Source: a virus
Strand: one strand, 5' to 3'
Virus record (IMG/VR): IMGVR_UViG_3300034112_001564
Location: 8,420-72,419 of that record
Length of the DNA: 64,000 nt
The notes beneath the pieces were generated by a model that was not told the origin of the DNA, searched no databases, and was given only the letters and a program-made list of their open reading frames with translations. How positions within the stretch are numbered: the first letter of the stretch is position 1; each line of letters opens with the position of its first letter. Shown here piece by piece: positions 26,776 through 37,154 of this stretch. The translations under genes and the position numbers were made by a program.

Positions 26776-27098
26776 TAGCTGATCTCCACTCCGAAGGCAC
26801 TGAAGGCTACGCTGGCCGACCCTGCGTAGACGCTCACAACGTCAGTCGCCGCCAGCGTCACGCCAAGCGTGAGAGTCACTGTGTCACTGGCCGGGAGCGG
26901 TGCGTCGTAAACCAGATACTGCGAGGTAGCAATCGACGCCCCAGCGGGCCGCACCGCGATCCGATAGGTGGTCGCCGTCGCGGCTGTGTTGCAAATCGTC
27001 AGCGACGACACAATCGCCTGCGACGGTGCCGTATAGAGCGTGGTGAGCGTGGTTGCGGCCGGGTTGCTTTGCCCCAAAACTTTATGTGTCTGCGGCAT
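26775..27098 (-). CDS. small beta-rich virion-associated protein
   Basis: KVLGQSNPAATTLTTLYT...FSAFGVEIS. Confidence 0.7.
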   Translation of the reverse strand: MPQTHKVLGQSNPAATTLTTLYTAPSQAIVSSLTICNTAATATTYRIAVRPAGASIATSQYLVYDAPLPASDTVTLTLGVTLAATDVVSVYAGSASVAFSAFGVEIS

Positions 27099-27099
27099 G

Positions 27100-27471
27100 T
27101 CAGCCTCCCATAAGCAGGAACGGATGAAAAATCTGGTTTCGCACAGTGTCGGCAAGATCGGCCTCGGTGACGGCACCCGCCGCGCCGCCGCCACCCCCAC
27201 CAGAAACCCCGACCTCCGCGTAGACGCTGCCCGTCCACTGATAGAGTCGCGAGTTATCCGACGCAAGGTGCAAGACGCTCGTCGATCCCGTGGCAGGAAA
27301 GTTCGCCGCCGTTGCGTAGGGGGCGATCGAGGAGAACGTCGTGACAGCACCGCTACTGGAGCGGTAGAACAGCCGACCGTCGGCTTGGTTCACGCCGATC
27401 TGGCCGTTACCAAGCGACGGAGGCGTGTTGCCAGCCGTGTTCGAGTATGGGTTGCGAACGACGTTTGCCAC
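27100..27471 (-). CDS. tail fibre-associated protein
   Basis: PPSLGNGQIGVNQADGRLFY; FPATG...LYQW; ends FHPFLLMGG. Confidence 0.65.
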   Translation of the reverse strand: MANVVRNPYSNTAGNTPPSLGNGQIGVNQADGRLFYRSSSGAVTTFSSIAPYATAANFPATGSTSVLHLASDNSRLYQWTGSVYAEVGVSGGGGGGAAGAVTEADLADTVRNQIFHPFLLMGG

Positions 27472-27472
27472 T

Positions 27473-28180
27473 TCAGAAGGTTCCCGAGTCGATTGTGATA
27501 TTGTCGATCGAACCGCCCGTGATGTTCACGTTCGACGAACTCTGCTGGCTCATCGACCCGAGGCCGAGGTTCGATCTCGCAGTTGCCACGTCGGCCAAGT
27601 CGCTGAGATTTGACGCCTTGGCGAGCTTGCCGCCGATGGTCGCGGAGATCGTCGTGGAGAATGACGCATCCGAATTTAAAGCGGAGGCCAGTTCTGCCAG
27701 TGTGTTTAACGCTTCCGGTGCCCCGTTCACTAGCGCGGAAACAGCCGCCGACACGAACGCCGTCGTGGCGATCTTCGTCGAGTTGTCGCCGGTCGTCGGC
27801 GTCACTGAGGCAGGGGTGCCCGTGAAGGTCGGCGAGTTAATCGGTGCATAGGTGCTGCTCGCCGACGACTGCGTCAGGTAGGTGCTGCTCGCGGACGAGA
27901 TCGTCAGATAGGTCGAAGCGGCACTGGCGGCCGTGAGGTAGTTGGCGAGTTGCGAACTCACGTCCACCGCGGCGACGGCAGAGGCAACATACGTTTTCGT
28001 GGCAAACACGCCGTCGCCGCCGATGGCAATCACGCTGGTTGCGTTGCCGTCCTGACCCAATCCTTTGCCATACCAAACGACATTGTCGACCTCATTAACG
28101 GCGCACTCCCCGTTCAAGAGTGTCGCGGGCGCGCCCGCGTTGCCAGAGACTCGTCTTTTCAGCCTGAGACGATTTGCCAT
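27473..28180 (-). CDS. tail fibre protein
   Basis: ASSTYLT repeats, APINSPTFTGTP, IATTAFV, APEALNTLAELA. Confidence 0.8.
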   Translation of the reverse strand: MANRLRLKRRVSGNAGAPATLLNGECAVNEVDNVVWYGKGLGQDGNATSVIAIGGDGVFATKTYVASAVAAVDVSSQLANYLTAASAASTYLTISSASSTYLTQSSASSTYAPINSPTFTGTPASVTPTTGDNSTKIATTAFVSAAVSALVNGAPEALNTLAELASALNSDASFSTTISATIGGKLAKASNLSDLADVATARSNLGLGSMSQQSSSNVNITGGSIDNITIDSGTF

Positions 28181-28199
28181 GATGCTCGCTCCTTGAGTT

Positions 28200-28481
28200 T
28201 CAGAAATTCTGTCCGTCTAAAATCAGATCACCCTCGGCGTGGTTGCGCCACTTATTTGACGAGTAACGAAGCAGGTCGCCGTCCGCGACGTTGCTCAACT
28301 GCACGTTGCTCAGTTCACCTAGCGAGCCGCCAGCAACACCTGACGGCCCCTGCGGCCCGATCCCGCCGCCAACGCTGGCCGTCACGACCGATGAGCCAAC
28401 GCTCGCGGAGATGCTTCCTGAGCCGCTGACGGTCGCCACGATCGGCTGCGACTGTACGGTCGCCGTGATCTGCTGCGTCAT
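28200..28481 (-). CDS. small fibre protein with short collagen-like motif
   Basis: GPQGPSG; LSNVQLSNVADGDLLRY. Confidence 0.6.
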   Translation of the reverse strand: MTQQITATVQSQPIVATVSGSGSISASVGSSVVTASVGGGIGPQGPSGVAGGSLGELSNVQLSNVADGDLLRYSSNKWRNHAEGDLILDGQNF

Positions 28482-28798
28482 GCGTAGACCTCCACGGTGC
28501 CAGAGAGGGCCGTCCGCTGGACGCCGCCGGGAGCGGTCCAATCAAGCTGCCAGCCGTAGGTGCCAGCGGCGAGAGAAGCGGTCTGGGTGTCGGTAAGACT
28601 CACTGAGACTTGCCCCGCCGAGGCGTCGGCAATCGTCGTCGTGAATGGCACGACGGTCGCCCCGGTGACGAGGCTGGTCAGGTTCGCCGACACGGTGTAA
28701 CCGACGAGGTCTGTGCCGTTGAAGTCGATGACGGCTGCGAAGTCGTTGGACTTCCTGAACGCGAGCGGGAGTTTGCCGGGCAGTACGGAGTAGGTCAT
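28478..28798 (-). CDS. BppU-like tail appendage protein
   Basis: DASAGQVSVSLTDTQT...YGWQL...RTALSGTV; paralog of 37993-38358. Confidence 0.6.
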   Translation of the reverse strand: MTYSVLPGKLPLAFRKSNDFAAVIDFNGTDLVGYTVSANLTSLVTGATVVPFTTTIADASAGQVSVSLTDTQTASLAAGTYGWQLDWTAPGGVQRTALSGTVEVYA

Positions 28799-28801
28799 GT
28801 T

Positions 28802-28927
28802 TCACCAGTAAGAGATGATCACTCGTCCAATCGCCCACCGCATCGCCGCCGCCCCGGCGCGAGCCGAGAGCACCAGCGCGGCGGCACCGGCTGTGGCGAG
28901 GGCGGCGAGGTAGATGGTGTCTCTCAC
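28802..28927 (-). CDS. small hydrophobic protein
   Basis: GTGA-coupled; IYLAALATAGAAALVL. Confidence 0.4.
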   Translation of the reverse strand: MRDTIYLAALATAGAAALVLSARAGAAAMRWAIGRVIISYW

Positions 28928-30804
28928 GAGATGCCCCACTTGGTCATGAGGTACGACTCGATATTCGACACGTTCTGTGATGTCAGAGAAGCACTGTAGA
29001 TCAGTAGCTCCGAGATGTGGCATGACATGAGCCGCTGTCCAGACTCAAGCCCGTAAGCCGTATACCCGCCAATGACGACGCCCGCTGTACTGGCAGAGTT
29101 GAATAGCGTCGAGGTGTTCGTGCCTTGTAGCGAACCATTCATGCGGGCTTGCAATCCTGCGCTTGTGTTGACGTACCCAAGCAGGCGGGCGGCTCCGTCG
29201 TTGAAATTTGACGTGGTAGCCTGCGTTGCCGCGTTGGTGCCATCATGAGCGTACATGGTGGCCGGAGTGGCAGACGTGGCACCGCCCGTGTAGGCGAGAA
29301 TCCACGCCGTCCCAGTAGACTGACCAACACCGGGCCATTTGCCGATGAGGCCAAGATTGCTGCCAGTGGAGCTTGTCTTGTAGACACAAAATATCGCCAG
29401 CCCGTTTGCACCATTGAGTGCAGCAGCGTGAGCGATTCCGAGCCAGTCGCCGCTATCGGCGGTGTCCGCCACAAACTCAACAGATTCCCTGCTGTTGAGT
29501 CCAGCGAGTCGCCGCGTTGGCCTGCTGCCGCTTGTGGATTGGATCGCGTGGTTGCCTGAACCTGACTTGTCCGTCCACCTCGCCACGGCACCGTCTGCGG
29601 CCACGAGAGAGCCGCCGCTAGTGGCGTCAAACAGCGTCGAGGCGTCGGATGCGTCTAGCCATGTTGTCAAGCCGCTCACGCTGGCTGGCGTGAATGAACT
29701 CCATGTACTTAACGCCGCCCGCTCCCATGTATTCGCTGCCGTGGCGACGTACAGGTAATCACCGTCATACGCGATGCTGCCCGCCGTGCCGCTCGCCGTC
29801 GCCGACGCTGGCACGCTCGACCATGTGAGGCCAGAGCCGCCGCCGCCCGAGCCGGTGATGGTCACGGGGTAAGTCTGGGCGGCGGTGTAGGTGCCGGTGC
29901 CTGCGGCTACTGCTGGCGGCGTGAAGTTTGCCGTAAACCGCGCCGTGCCTTTTGTCACGCGCAGGTCGTCCAATCGCCCATTGAGCGAGAACAGATACGG
30001 GTGGGCGTTCAGTTGACCGATCCACAGGTCGGTCGTTGCGCCGGGAGTCATGTCGTCGCTGTTTGTCACGGTCGAGCCGACTTGCACGCCGTCAACAAAC
30101 GCGCGGATGCTGCTGCCCGAGCGAGTCACGGCAACGTGATGCCACTGGTTGAGATTAAAGGTCGCCGTCCAGTTCAGGTCGGTCGTGCCTGTGTAGACGT
30201 TGATAGTGTTGTATCCGCTCGACGTGCCGTTGATGCGTAGCTGCCAGCCTTGATTCCCGCCCTGCCCGGCAGGGTAGGTCGCCATCAAACAGGCACCGTA
30301 TGCGCCGTCAAATGACGCCGAGGCAGCATTGAAAAACACCCACGTTTCCAGCGTGAAATCGGCGGGGAAGGCAAACGCCGAACTGCCAGCGACGCGCAGG
30401 TAGTCGCCGGTGCCATCGAACGCCAGCGAGTTGGACCCGTACTTCGCCATCCCCGTCGCCGCCGCATTGCCGTAAGCCGTTACGCTGCGTGCGTAGCTCG
30501 ACGAGTCCGTCAGGTCTCCGTCGCCCTTCAGAAGCAATTGCGTCTGCGTCCAGAACTGGTCCCCGCTCGCCGGAATCGTCACGCTGCCCGAGAGCGAGCC
30601 GCCGCCAGACGCAGCCAACACGCCGTCGGTGATCGTCAAGCCGCTGCCGACCTTGACGAGGCCCAGCACCGAGGCGGATGCGGTTGGGATGGAGCCGCCC
30701 GTGCTTGTGAGCAATTCCCACGCATAGCCCGTCCAAAAAAACTCGCGTTGGTTCTGTTGGCTGGTTTGCCCGACCGTCGGCGACGATGGAAACGAGAGTG
30801 GCAT
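28924..30804 (-). CDS. LamG/concanavalin-domain tail fibre or receptor-binding protein
   Basis: DFTLETW...WHHVAVTR...FVDG...LDDLRVTKG; second domain WLDASD...WTDKSG...ISELLIY...YLMTKW. Confidence 0.8.
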   Translation of the reverse strand: MPLSFPSSPTVGQTSQQNQREFFWTGYAWELLTSTGGSIPTASASVLGLVKVGSGLTITDGVLAASGGGSLSGSVTIPASGDQFWTQTQLLLKGDGDLTDSSSYARSVTAYGNAAATGMAKYGSNSLAFDGTGDYLRVAGSSAFAFPADFTLETWVFFNAASASFDGAYGACLMATYPAGQGGNQGWQLRINGTSSGYNTINVYTGTTDLNWTATFNLNQWHHVAVTRSGSSIRAFVDGVQVGSTVTNSDDMTPGATTDLWIGQLNAHPYLFSLNGRLDDLRVTKGTARFTANFTPPAVAAGTGTYTAAQTYPVTITGSGGGGSGLTWSSVPASATASGTAGSIAYDGDYLYVATAANTWERAALSTWSSFTPASVSGLTTWLDASDASTLFDATSGGSLVAADGAVARWTDKSGSGNHAIQSTSGSRPTRRLAGLNSRESVEFVADTADSGDWLGIAHAAALNGANGLAIFCVYKTSSTGSNLGLIGKWPGVGQSTGTAWILAYTGGATSATPATMYAHDGTNAATQATTSNFNDGAARLLGYVNTSAGLQARMNGSLQGTNTSTLFNSASTAGVVIGGYTAYGLESGQRLMSCHISELLIYSASLTSQNVSNIESYLMTKWGIS

Positions 30805-30857
30805 GTGTTACCTGCTTAAAGCGACGAGGACGATGGAGGTGCGGATCATGCGATGTG

Positions 30858-33800
30858 TCACTGTGGCGGCAGTAGCTGAATGTCGCCGACGCGAACGTCG
30901 GTGAGAACTGGGTTGTCAACCACGAACTGCCACCGCCAATATCTGTAGTTGGCGGGTGCTGCAAATGTAAACGTCTTTGTCTCGTTGTCAGACCACGCCA
31001 AGCCGACTCGCTCGTCAATCATTTGGAACGTCGCGCCGTCATTGCTACCAGAGAGAAATATCCTGTTCGGCCCGAAAGTACCGGCGGCATCGCCTGTCTT
31101 GACTCGGTAGCCACCAGCCCACGATTTCTGGTTCTCAGGAAATGCGTATTGCAGCCACCTGAGCGGCGACACGTTAGCGGCCGCTCGCACCTGCATCCCA
31201 CCGCAGCCTTGATCAAAGACACGCCAGAATTCCTCGCTCCCGCCTCCTCCGCACTGCGAGGTACGCCACCCCGGAAAAGCATATTCATGAAACGACACTT
31301 CGCCGGATGGCGCGGTCATGGAGGTCATCTGTGGTATCAGGCGATACGTCAAATCTTCTGGGGTTACACCTCCCGACAGCGCCGACCACGCCCCTTGCCC
31401 TGCGGCATTGATCGCGGCCACGCGGAAGACGTATTCAACGCCGTTCGTGAGGCCAGTGACTGTCGTTCCGGTTGATTCGGCAAAGCCGTCGCTGAATGTA
31501 GTCCAGTTGGACCCGCCGTCCGAGGAGTATTGGACAACGTAGTCTTGCACAGCGCTTCCGCCGTTGTTTGATGGCGCAGCCCATGAAAGGCTTGCGGAAG
31601 CATTGCTGCGAGTTCCCGACACCCCTGTCGGCGAGTCTGGCGCAGTGAACGGTTTTCCAGAGAATGAATCGCTGTAGCCTCCAGCGCCGATAGCGTTTAC
31701 CGCCCGCACTCGCACGCCGTACAGCGTCCCGTTCGTCAAGCCGTCAAGGTTGTAGGAGGTCGCGCTTGTGCCAGTGCTGACGGTTTGCGCAGAGCCGCCG
31801 CTGGGCGTGTATTCAATGGTGTAGCCTGTGATGGCTGAACCACCGTTGTTGGGCGCGGTCCAACTCAGCGCGAGTCTGCCGGAGGCTGTTCCGCTCGTGA
31901 CGGTCACATTCACGACACTGGCAGGTACTGTGGCAGGCGTGCGGCTGATCGCCGTCGTGTACGAGCCTCGGCCAACCGCGTTGTTCGCGGCAACTCGGAT
32001 CGAGTAGCTCGTGCCGTTGGTTAGTCCTGTCAGCGTGTACGGGCTTGATGCCGCCGTCACTGTCACGGCGGAGCCGCCTGAAGGCGTGTACTCCACCGTG
32101 TAGTTCGTGATCGCGGAGCCGCCATTGCTCGTCGGCGCGGTCCACGACAGGGCAACGCTGCCGTTTCCGACAGTGCCTGCAAGCGATGTCGGCGATCCCG
32201 GCACGGTTGCTGGTGTTCCAGAGAATGAATCGCTGTAGCCACCCGACCCTACGGAGTTCACCGCCCGCACTCGAACGCCGTACAGCGTCCCGTTCGTCAA
32301 GCCGTCAAGGTTGTAAGATGTTGCTGCGCTGCCGGTGTTGACTGTCACGGCCGACCCACCCGACGGCGTGTACTCGATCGTGTAGCTCGTGACCGCGGAA
32401 CCGCCGTTACTTGAAGGCGCGGTCCAACTCAGCGCGAGTCTGCCCGAGGCTGTTCCGCTCGTGACGGTCACATTCACGACACTGGCAGGTACTGTGGCAG
32501 GCGTGCGAGTGATCGCCGTCGTGTACGAGCCTCGGCCAACCGCGTTGTTCGCGGCGACTCGGATCGAGTAGCTCGTGCCGTTGGTCAGTGAAGGCAGAGT
32601 GTATGGGCTGGACGCCGCCGTCACCGTCACAGCGGAGCCACCTGACGGCGTGTACTCGACGGTGTAGTTCGTGATCGCGGAGCCGCCGTCGCTGGCAGGA
32701 GCGGTCCACGACAGGGCGACGCTGCCGTTTCCGATCGTGCCTTGAAGGCTCGTGGGTGCGCCCGGAGCGGAGACTGGCGACGCGGTTGCGGCGGTGCTGT
32801 ATCCCCCCGACCCGACGGCGTTCACAGCCCGTGCGCGGACGCTATAGGTCGTGCCGCCTGTCAGGCCGTCAAGATTGTATGATGTCGAATTGCTGCCAGT
32901 GTTGACCGTCGCAGGCGAGCCGCCTGAAGGCGTGTACTCGATTGTGTATTCGGTGATCGCGGCCCCGCCGTTGCTGGACGGTGCTGTCCACGAGAGTTCC
33001 AGCCTGCCCGCAGTGCCACCTCCAGTGGCATTGAGTCCTGTCGGCTCGCTGGGCGTCGTGGCGGGGGTGCGATTGATTGCCGTCGTGTACCCGCCACGAC
33101 CCGCTGCGTTATTTGCGGCGACTCGGATCGAGTAGCTCGTGCCGTTGGTCAGTGAAGGCAGAGTGTATGGGCTGGACGCCGCCGTCACCGTCACAGCCGA
33201 ACCACCCGACGGCGTGTACTCGATCGTGTAGTTTGTTATCGTGGAGCCGCCATTGCTTGATGGGGCGTCCCACGAAATAGCAACGCTCGCGTCGCTTGTG
33301 GTGCCGCTCAAGTTGGCTGGAACGCCGGGGACAGTGAAAGGCGTGCTGGAGGCAGCTTCGCTGTAGTTTCCAGCGCCGCCCGCGTTCACCGCCCGAACCA
33401 TCAAGCTGTATGAAGTGCCGTTCGTCAGGCCGTCAAGGTTGTAAACCGTATTGGTGCTGCCTGTGTCGACGGTCTGAGGAGAGCCGCCCGAGGGTGTGTA
33501 CTCGACGGTGTATCCCGTGATCGCGGACCCGCCCGCCACCGAGGGCGCGATCCAGTCAAGCACAAGCCTGCCAGACTCGCTGCCGCCGGTTGCCGTCAAG
33601 CCCGTCGGAGCGCCGGGTACTGCGATTTGTGGAGTTCGAGCGATCGCCGTCGTGTACTCGCCTCTTCCAACCGCGTTGTTTGCGGCAACTCGGATCGAGT
33701 AGCTCGTGCCGTTGGTCAGGCCGGTCAGCGTGTACGGGCTTGCTGTCGCAGTCACGGTCGCGGCAGAACCACCTGCCGGTGTGTATTCGACGGTGTAGTT

Positions 33801-36800
33801 CGTGATCGTGGCCCCGCCGTCGCTGGCAGGTGCGGTCCACGAGAGATCGACGCTGCCGTCTCCGATCGTGCCGATCAGGCTGGTGGGAGTGCCGGGAACA
33901 AGACCCGGTGTGCCAGTTGCGGCTGTGCTGTACCCGCCCGCTCCAACGACATTCACCGCACGCACTCGCACGCTGTAGGACGTGCCGTTCGTGAGGCCGT
34001 TGAGATTGAACGAGGCCGACGTGCTACCAGTGCTGACAGTCTGAGCGGACCCGCCAGACGGCGTGTACTCAACAGTGTATCCCGTGATCGCCGACCCGCC
34101 GTTGCTGGGAGCGGTCCACGCAAGCACGAGCCTGCCGGATGCGCTTCCGCCAGTTGCGGTCAGGCCAGTTGGAGTCCCCGGCGCAGTGGCTGGCGTGCGA
34201 GTGATCTCCGCCGTGTACCCGCCCCTGCCGACCGGGTTGTTCGCGGCAACTCGGATCGAGTAGCTAGTGCCGTTCGTCAGCCCGCTCAGCGTGTACGGGC
34301 TGGAGGAGGCGGCTACCGTCTGTGCAGACCCACCCGCCGGGGTGTACTCGACCGTGTAGCTCGTGATATCAGGACCGCCGTCGTCGGCAGGTGCCACCCA
34401 CGAGAGATAAACGCTTCCGTCGTCTGACGTGCCACTGAGGTTAGTCGGCACTCCCGGCAGACCCTGCACCAAAACCGGCGACGATGCGTCGCTCCACTGG
34501 CCGACACCGACTGCGTTGGTCGCTCGAACGCGGAACGTGTACGACACTTCGTTCGTCAGGCCGGTGACGGTGTACGAGGAGTTGACAGAACCAGTCTCGA
34601 CCGTCTGGGGGGAGCCACCAGATGCCGTGTACTCGACTGTATACCCCGTGATCGCAGACCCGTTGGCAGACGACGCAGTCCACGCGAGAGCCACCTGACC
34701 AGAAGTTGCCGTGCCGCTGGGAGTCCCCGGAGAACTCGGCACGCCGCGAGGGGTGACGGCAGAAGACTGCGTCGGAGTGCTGTCGCCGACCGCCGTGCGG
34801 GCAGAGACTCGGAAATAATAAGCCGTGCCGTTTGTTAGTCCCGTGACTGTATACGAACCAGAAGTGTTCTGGCCGTCGTCGATCGGCGTCCACGAGGACT
34901 GATCGGTGCTGTATTGCAGCAGGTAGTCCAAGACCGGCGTGCCGCCGGTACTGCCAGCTACCCACGACACGACTACTTCGCCATCACCAGCAGTGCCGGA
35001 AACACTGGCTGGCGGGCTGGGCGGGCCGCTCGGCGTGACGGCTGCACTGGATGCCGACCAAGGCCCGGTGCCGGAAGACGACTGATACGCCACTCGGAAG
35101 ATGTAGCTCGTGCCGTTCGTGAGTCCGCCGACAGTCGATGTGACACCTGACGCAGCTTGCGGCGTGAGGTCCGTCCATGTGCTGCCGGAGTTTGCACTGT
35201 AGGAGACGATGTAGTTGGTCAGGACGCGGCAGCTTGTGTTCGCAGGTGCCGTCCAACTCAGAGTCGCCTGCCCGTTGCCGGATACGCCCGTCACTGATGT
35301 CGGTGCTTCTGGCAAAGCCAGAGACGGCGTAGCCGTAGCGACACTTGAATACACGCCGGTATATTGTCCGTTGGTTGCAGCCACGCGGAAGTCGTAGCTC
35401 ACACCATTGGTTAGCCCGGTTACTGTGATGAACGTGTTCGTCGACGCGGGGTGCGAGAAGGTCTGCCAGCTAGGCCCGCTTTTGTACTGCACAGTGTAGT
35501 CAGTCACGTCGCCGTCAGGTGCCGACCAAGAGAGGCATGCCTGCAAGTGTCCAGCGGCAGCAATCAGGCCGGAGACTTGGGCGGGTGGCGTGAGAAGAGT
35601 CACGGGAGTGCTGGTGATCCACACCCCCTGCCCGCCAGCGTTCACGGCGGCGACACGCACTGTGTATGTCTCGCCGTTTGCAAGTCCGGTGATCGTGCGT
35701 GATGTCGTAGACACGCTGCCCCCAGACTCCCACTCGCCGCCATCTCGCTGGTATTCGACGACATAGCCAGTGGCACCAGTCACAGCCGCCCATGAGACGG
35801 ACAACTGCCCGTCTCCGGCGGTCGCCGTCACTGTCACGGGCGAGTCGGGGGCCAGCGGCCTCTTTGCGACCGGGAATGGCTCAGAGGGCGGAGTGAAGTT
35901 CGCCGAATACCTCGCTCGCTTCGTGACCCTGAACTCGTCGATGAAGGCGACGGGCGAGCGGGCTGGGTAGCCGACGAAGAGCCTTCCAGAGAGAGCAGCC
36001 GAACCGCTCCACACGTCCGCAGACGTTTGCGGGTTGATCTGAACTCCGTCGACAAACAGGCGGATGCGAAAGTCAGCCTCGCGGACCACGGCGATGTGAT
36101 ACCAGCGGGCGGCTTGAAACTGCACCGGCGAAGGCGCACTTAGCTGCGCCACCCACGATCTGCCGTATCGCAGCGCTTGTCCGTTGGAGGATGTCGTGAG
36201 AAAGCTCATGTTCCTGCCTTCGGTGCTGTTGTTTGCACCGTGGAACAGGTAGAGTTCTCGCGTCGGCGCGGCTTTGAAAAAGACCCAGAACTCGATCGTG
36301 AACGCGCCAGTCAGGGCGGTGCTGGGACCGTTGGCGACGGTGAGGTAGTTGCTGCTTGTCGGCAGGTCAGCGCTTTTCGCCCCCCACTTCTTTTGAGTCG
36401 TGGACTGAGTCGCACCAAGAGACGTGATGACCGTGTTGTTCACGGACGAGTCCACGAACGTGGTCCCGCTGCCGTCCATCTTCAGGAGCAGGGCAACGTC
36501 GTCCCAGTTGTCGTCGTAGGACACGGGCGTGGCGGCTGCTGTGCTTGACCACGCCCCCGGCCCGATGCCGTTAACCGCCCGAACGCGAAACTGATACGCC
36601 GTCTGACCAGCGAGGCCGGTGACGGTGAAGCCCAGCGCCGTCGAGGCCGAGGGGCGAGTCACTGCGGTCCACGTCACGCCAGAGTCGACGCTCTGCTCGA
36701 TCGTGTAGTCCGAGATCGCGACTCCGCCTGTGCTGGCTGGAGCAACCCAAGATAGTTGCACCTGCCGCTCGCCAGCCGTCGCCGTCAAGCTCGTCGGCGC

Positions 36801-37154
36801 ACCGGGCGGAAGGCCGATGAGTGCGGCGACCGTCGTCGAAGCGTAAGGCCCGAAGCCAGCCTTGTTGACCGCCCGCACCCGGAAGAAGTACGAACTTCCG
36901 CTGGTGAGGCCGGTCACGACGGCGGTCGCCGCGCCGCCAGCTTGGTCGTAGAACGTCGTCCACGAAACGCCGTCGGCGCTGTACTGGACTTGGTGATCCG
37001 TAATAGGCAACTGAGATATCGTGGCAGGAGCAGCCCACGACAACGTAGCCGAGCCGTCGCCGCCAGCCACCGTGAGCGAAGTCGGCGCGGGGGGTGCAAA
37101 GGCACTGATGATCGAGTTCCAACCCTGATCGCTTAGTCTATCCAGCCTCGCCAC
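30858..37154 (-). CDS. giant fibronectin type III repeat protein (about 18 FN3, LamG, C-terminal discoidin-like domain)
   Basis: repeating P..P....LSWxAP...Y.VEY...GLTNG..Y..RV.A.N..G; LamG after repeat 2; C-terminal GSNDG...YRYWR. Confidence 0.9.
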   Translation of the reverse strand: MARLDRLSDQGWNSIISAFAPPAPTSLTVAGGDGSATLSWAAPATISQLPITDHQVQYSADGVSWTTFYDQAGGAATAVVTGLTSGSSYFFRVRAVNKAGFGPYASTTVAALIGLPPGAPTSLTATAGERQVQLSWVAPASTGGVAISDYTIEQSVDSGVTWTAVTRPSASTALGFTVTGLAGQTAYQFRVRAVNGIGPGAWSSTAAATPVSYDDNWDDVALLLKMDGSGTTFVDSSVNNTVITSLGATQSTTQKKWGAKSADLPTSSNYLTVANGPSTALTGAFTIEFWVFFKAAPTRELYLFHGANNSTEGRNMSFLTTSSNGQALRYGRSWVAQLSAPSPVQFQAARWYHIAVVREADFRIRLFVDGVQINPQTSADVWSGSAALSGRLFVGYPARSPVAFIDEFRVTKRARYSANFTPPSEPFPVAKRPLAPDSPVTVTATAGDGQLSVSWAAVTGATGYVVEYQRDGGEWESGGSVSTTSRTITGLANGETYTVRVAAVNAGGQGVWITSTPVTLLTPPAQVSGLIAAAGHLQACLSWSAPDGDVTDYTVQYKSGPSWQTFSHPASTNTFITVTGLTNGVSYDFRVAATNGQYTGVYSSVATATPSLALPEAPTSVTGVSGNGQATLSWTAPANTSCRVLTNYIVSYSANSGSTWTDLTPQAASGVTSTVGGLTNGTSYIFRVAYQSSSGTGPWSASSAAVTPSGPPSPPASVSGTAGDGEVVVSWVAGSTGGTPVLDYLLQYSTDQSSWTPIDDGQNTSGSYTVTGLTNGTAYYFRVSARTAVGDSTPTQSSAVTPRGVPSSPGTPSGTATSGQVALAWTASSANGSAITGYTVEYTASGGSPQTVETGSVNSSYTVTGLTNEVSYTFRVRATNAVGVGQWSDASSPVLVQGLPGVPTNLSGTSDDGSVYLSWVAPADDGGPDITSYTVEYTPAGGSAQTVAASSSPYTLSGLTNGTSYSIRVAANNPVGRGGYTAEITRTPATAPGTPTGLTATGGSASGRLVLAWTAPSNGGSAITGYTVEYTPSGGSAQTVSTGSTSASFNLNGLTNGTSYSVRVRAVNVVGAGGYSTAATGTPGLVPGTPTSLIGTIGDGSVDLSWTAPASDGGATITNYTVEYTPAGGSAATVTATASPYTLTGLTNGTSYSIRVAANNAVGRGEYTTAIARTPQIAVPGAPTGLTATGGSESGRLVLDWIAPSVAGGSAITGYTVEYTPSGGSPQTVDTGSTNTVYNLDGLTNGTSYSLMVRAVNAGGAGNYSEAASSTPFTVPGVPANLSGTTSDASVAISWDAPSSNGGSTITNYTIEYTPSGGSAVTVTAASSPYTLPSLTNGTSYSIRVAANNAAGRGGYTTAINRTPATTPSEPTGLNATGGGTAGRLELSWTAPSSNGGAAITEYTIEYTPSGGSPATVNTGSNSTSYNLDGLTGGTTYSVRARAVNAVGSGGYSTAATASPVSAPGAPTSLQGTIGNGSVALSWTAPASDGGSAITNYTVEYTPSGGSAVTVTAASSPYTLPSLTNGTSYSIRVAANNAVGRGSYTTAITRTPATVPASVVNVTVTSGTASGRLALSWTAPSSNGGSAVTSYTIEYTPSGGSAVTVNTGSAATSYNLDGLTNGTLYGVRVRAVNSVGSGGYSDSFSGTPATVPGSPTSLAGTVGNGSVALSWTAPTSNGGSAITNYTVEYTPSGGSAVTVTAASSPYTLTGLTNGTSYSIRVAANNAVGRGSYTTAISRTPATVPASVVNVTVTSGTASGRLALSWTAPNNGGSAITGYTIEYTPSGGSAQTVSTGTSATSYNLDGLTNGTLYGVRVRAVNAIGAGGYSDSFSGKPFTAPDSPTGVSGTRSNASASLSWAAPSNNGGSAVQDYVVQYSSDGGSNWTTFSDGFAESTGTTVTGLTNGVEYVFRVAAINAAGQGAWSALSGGVTPEDLTYRLIPQMTSMTAPSGEVSFHEYAFPGWRTSQCGGGGSEEFWRVFDQGCGGMQVRAAANVSPLRWLQYAFPENQKSWAGGYRVKTGDAAGTFGPNRIFLSGSNDGATFQMIDERVGLAWSDNETKTFTFAAPANYRYWRWQFVVDNPVLTDVRVGDIQLLPPQ
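31650..32765. repeat. highly similar tandem duplication (about 560-bp period) in the FN3 gene
   Basis: TTCCAGAGAATGAATCGCTGTAGCC at about 31655 and 32216; GCGGTCCAACTCAGCGCGAGTCTGCC at about 31855 and 32419. Confidence 0.85.
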
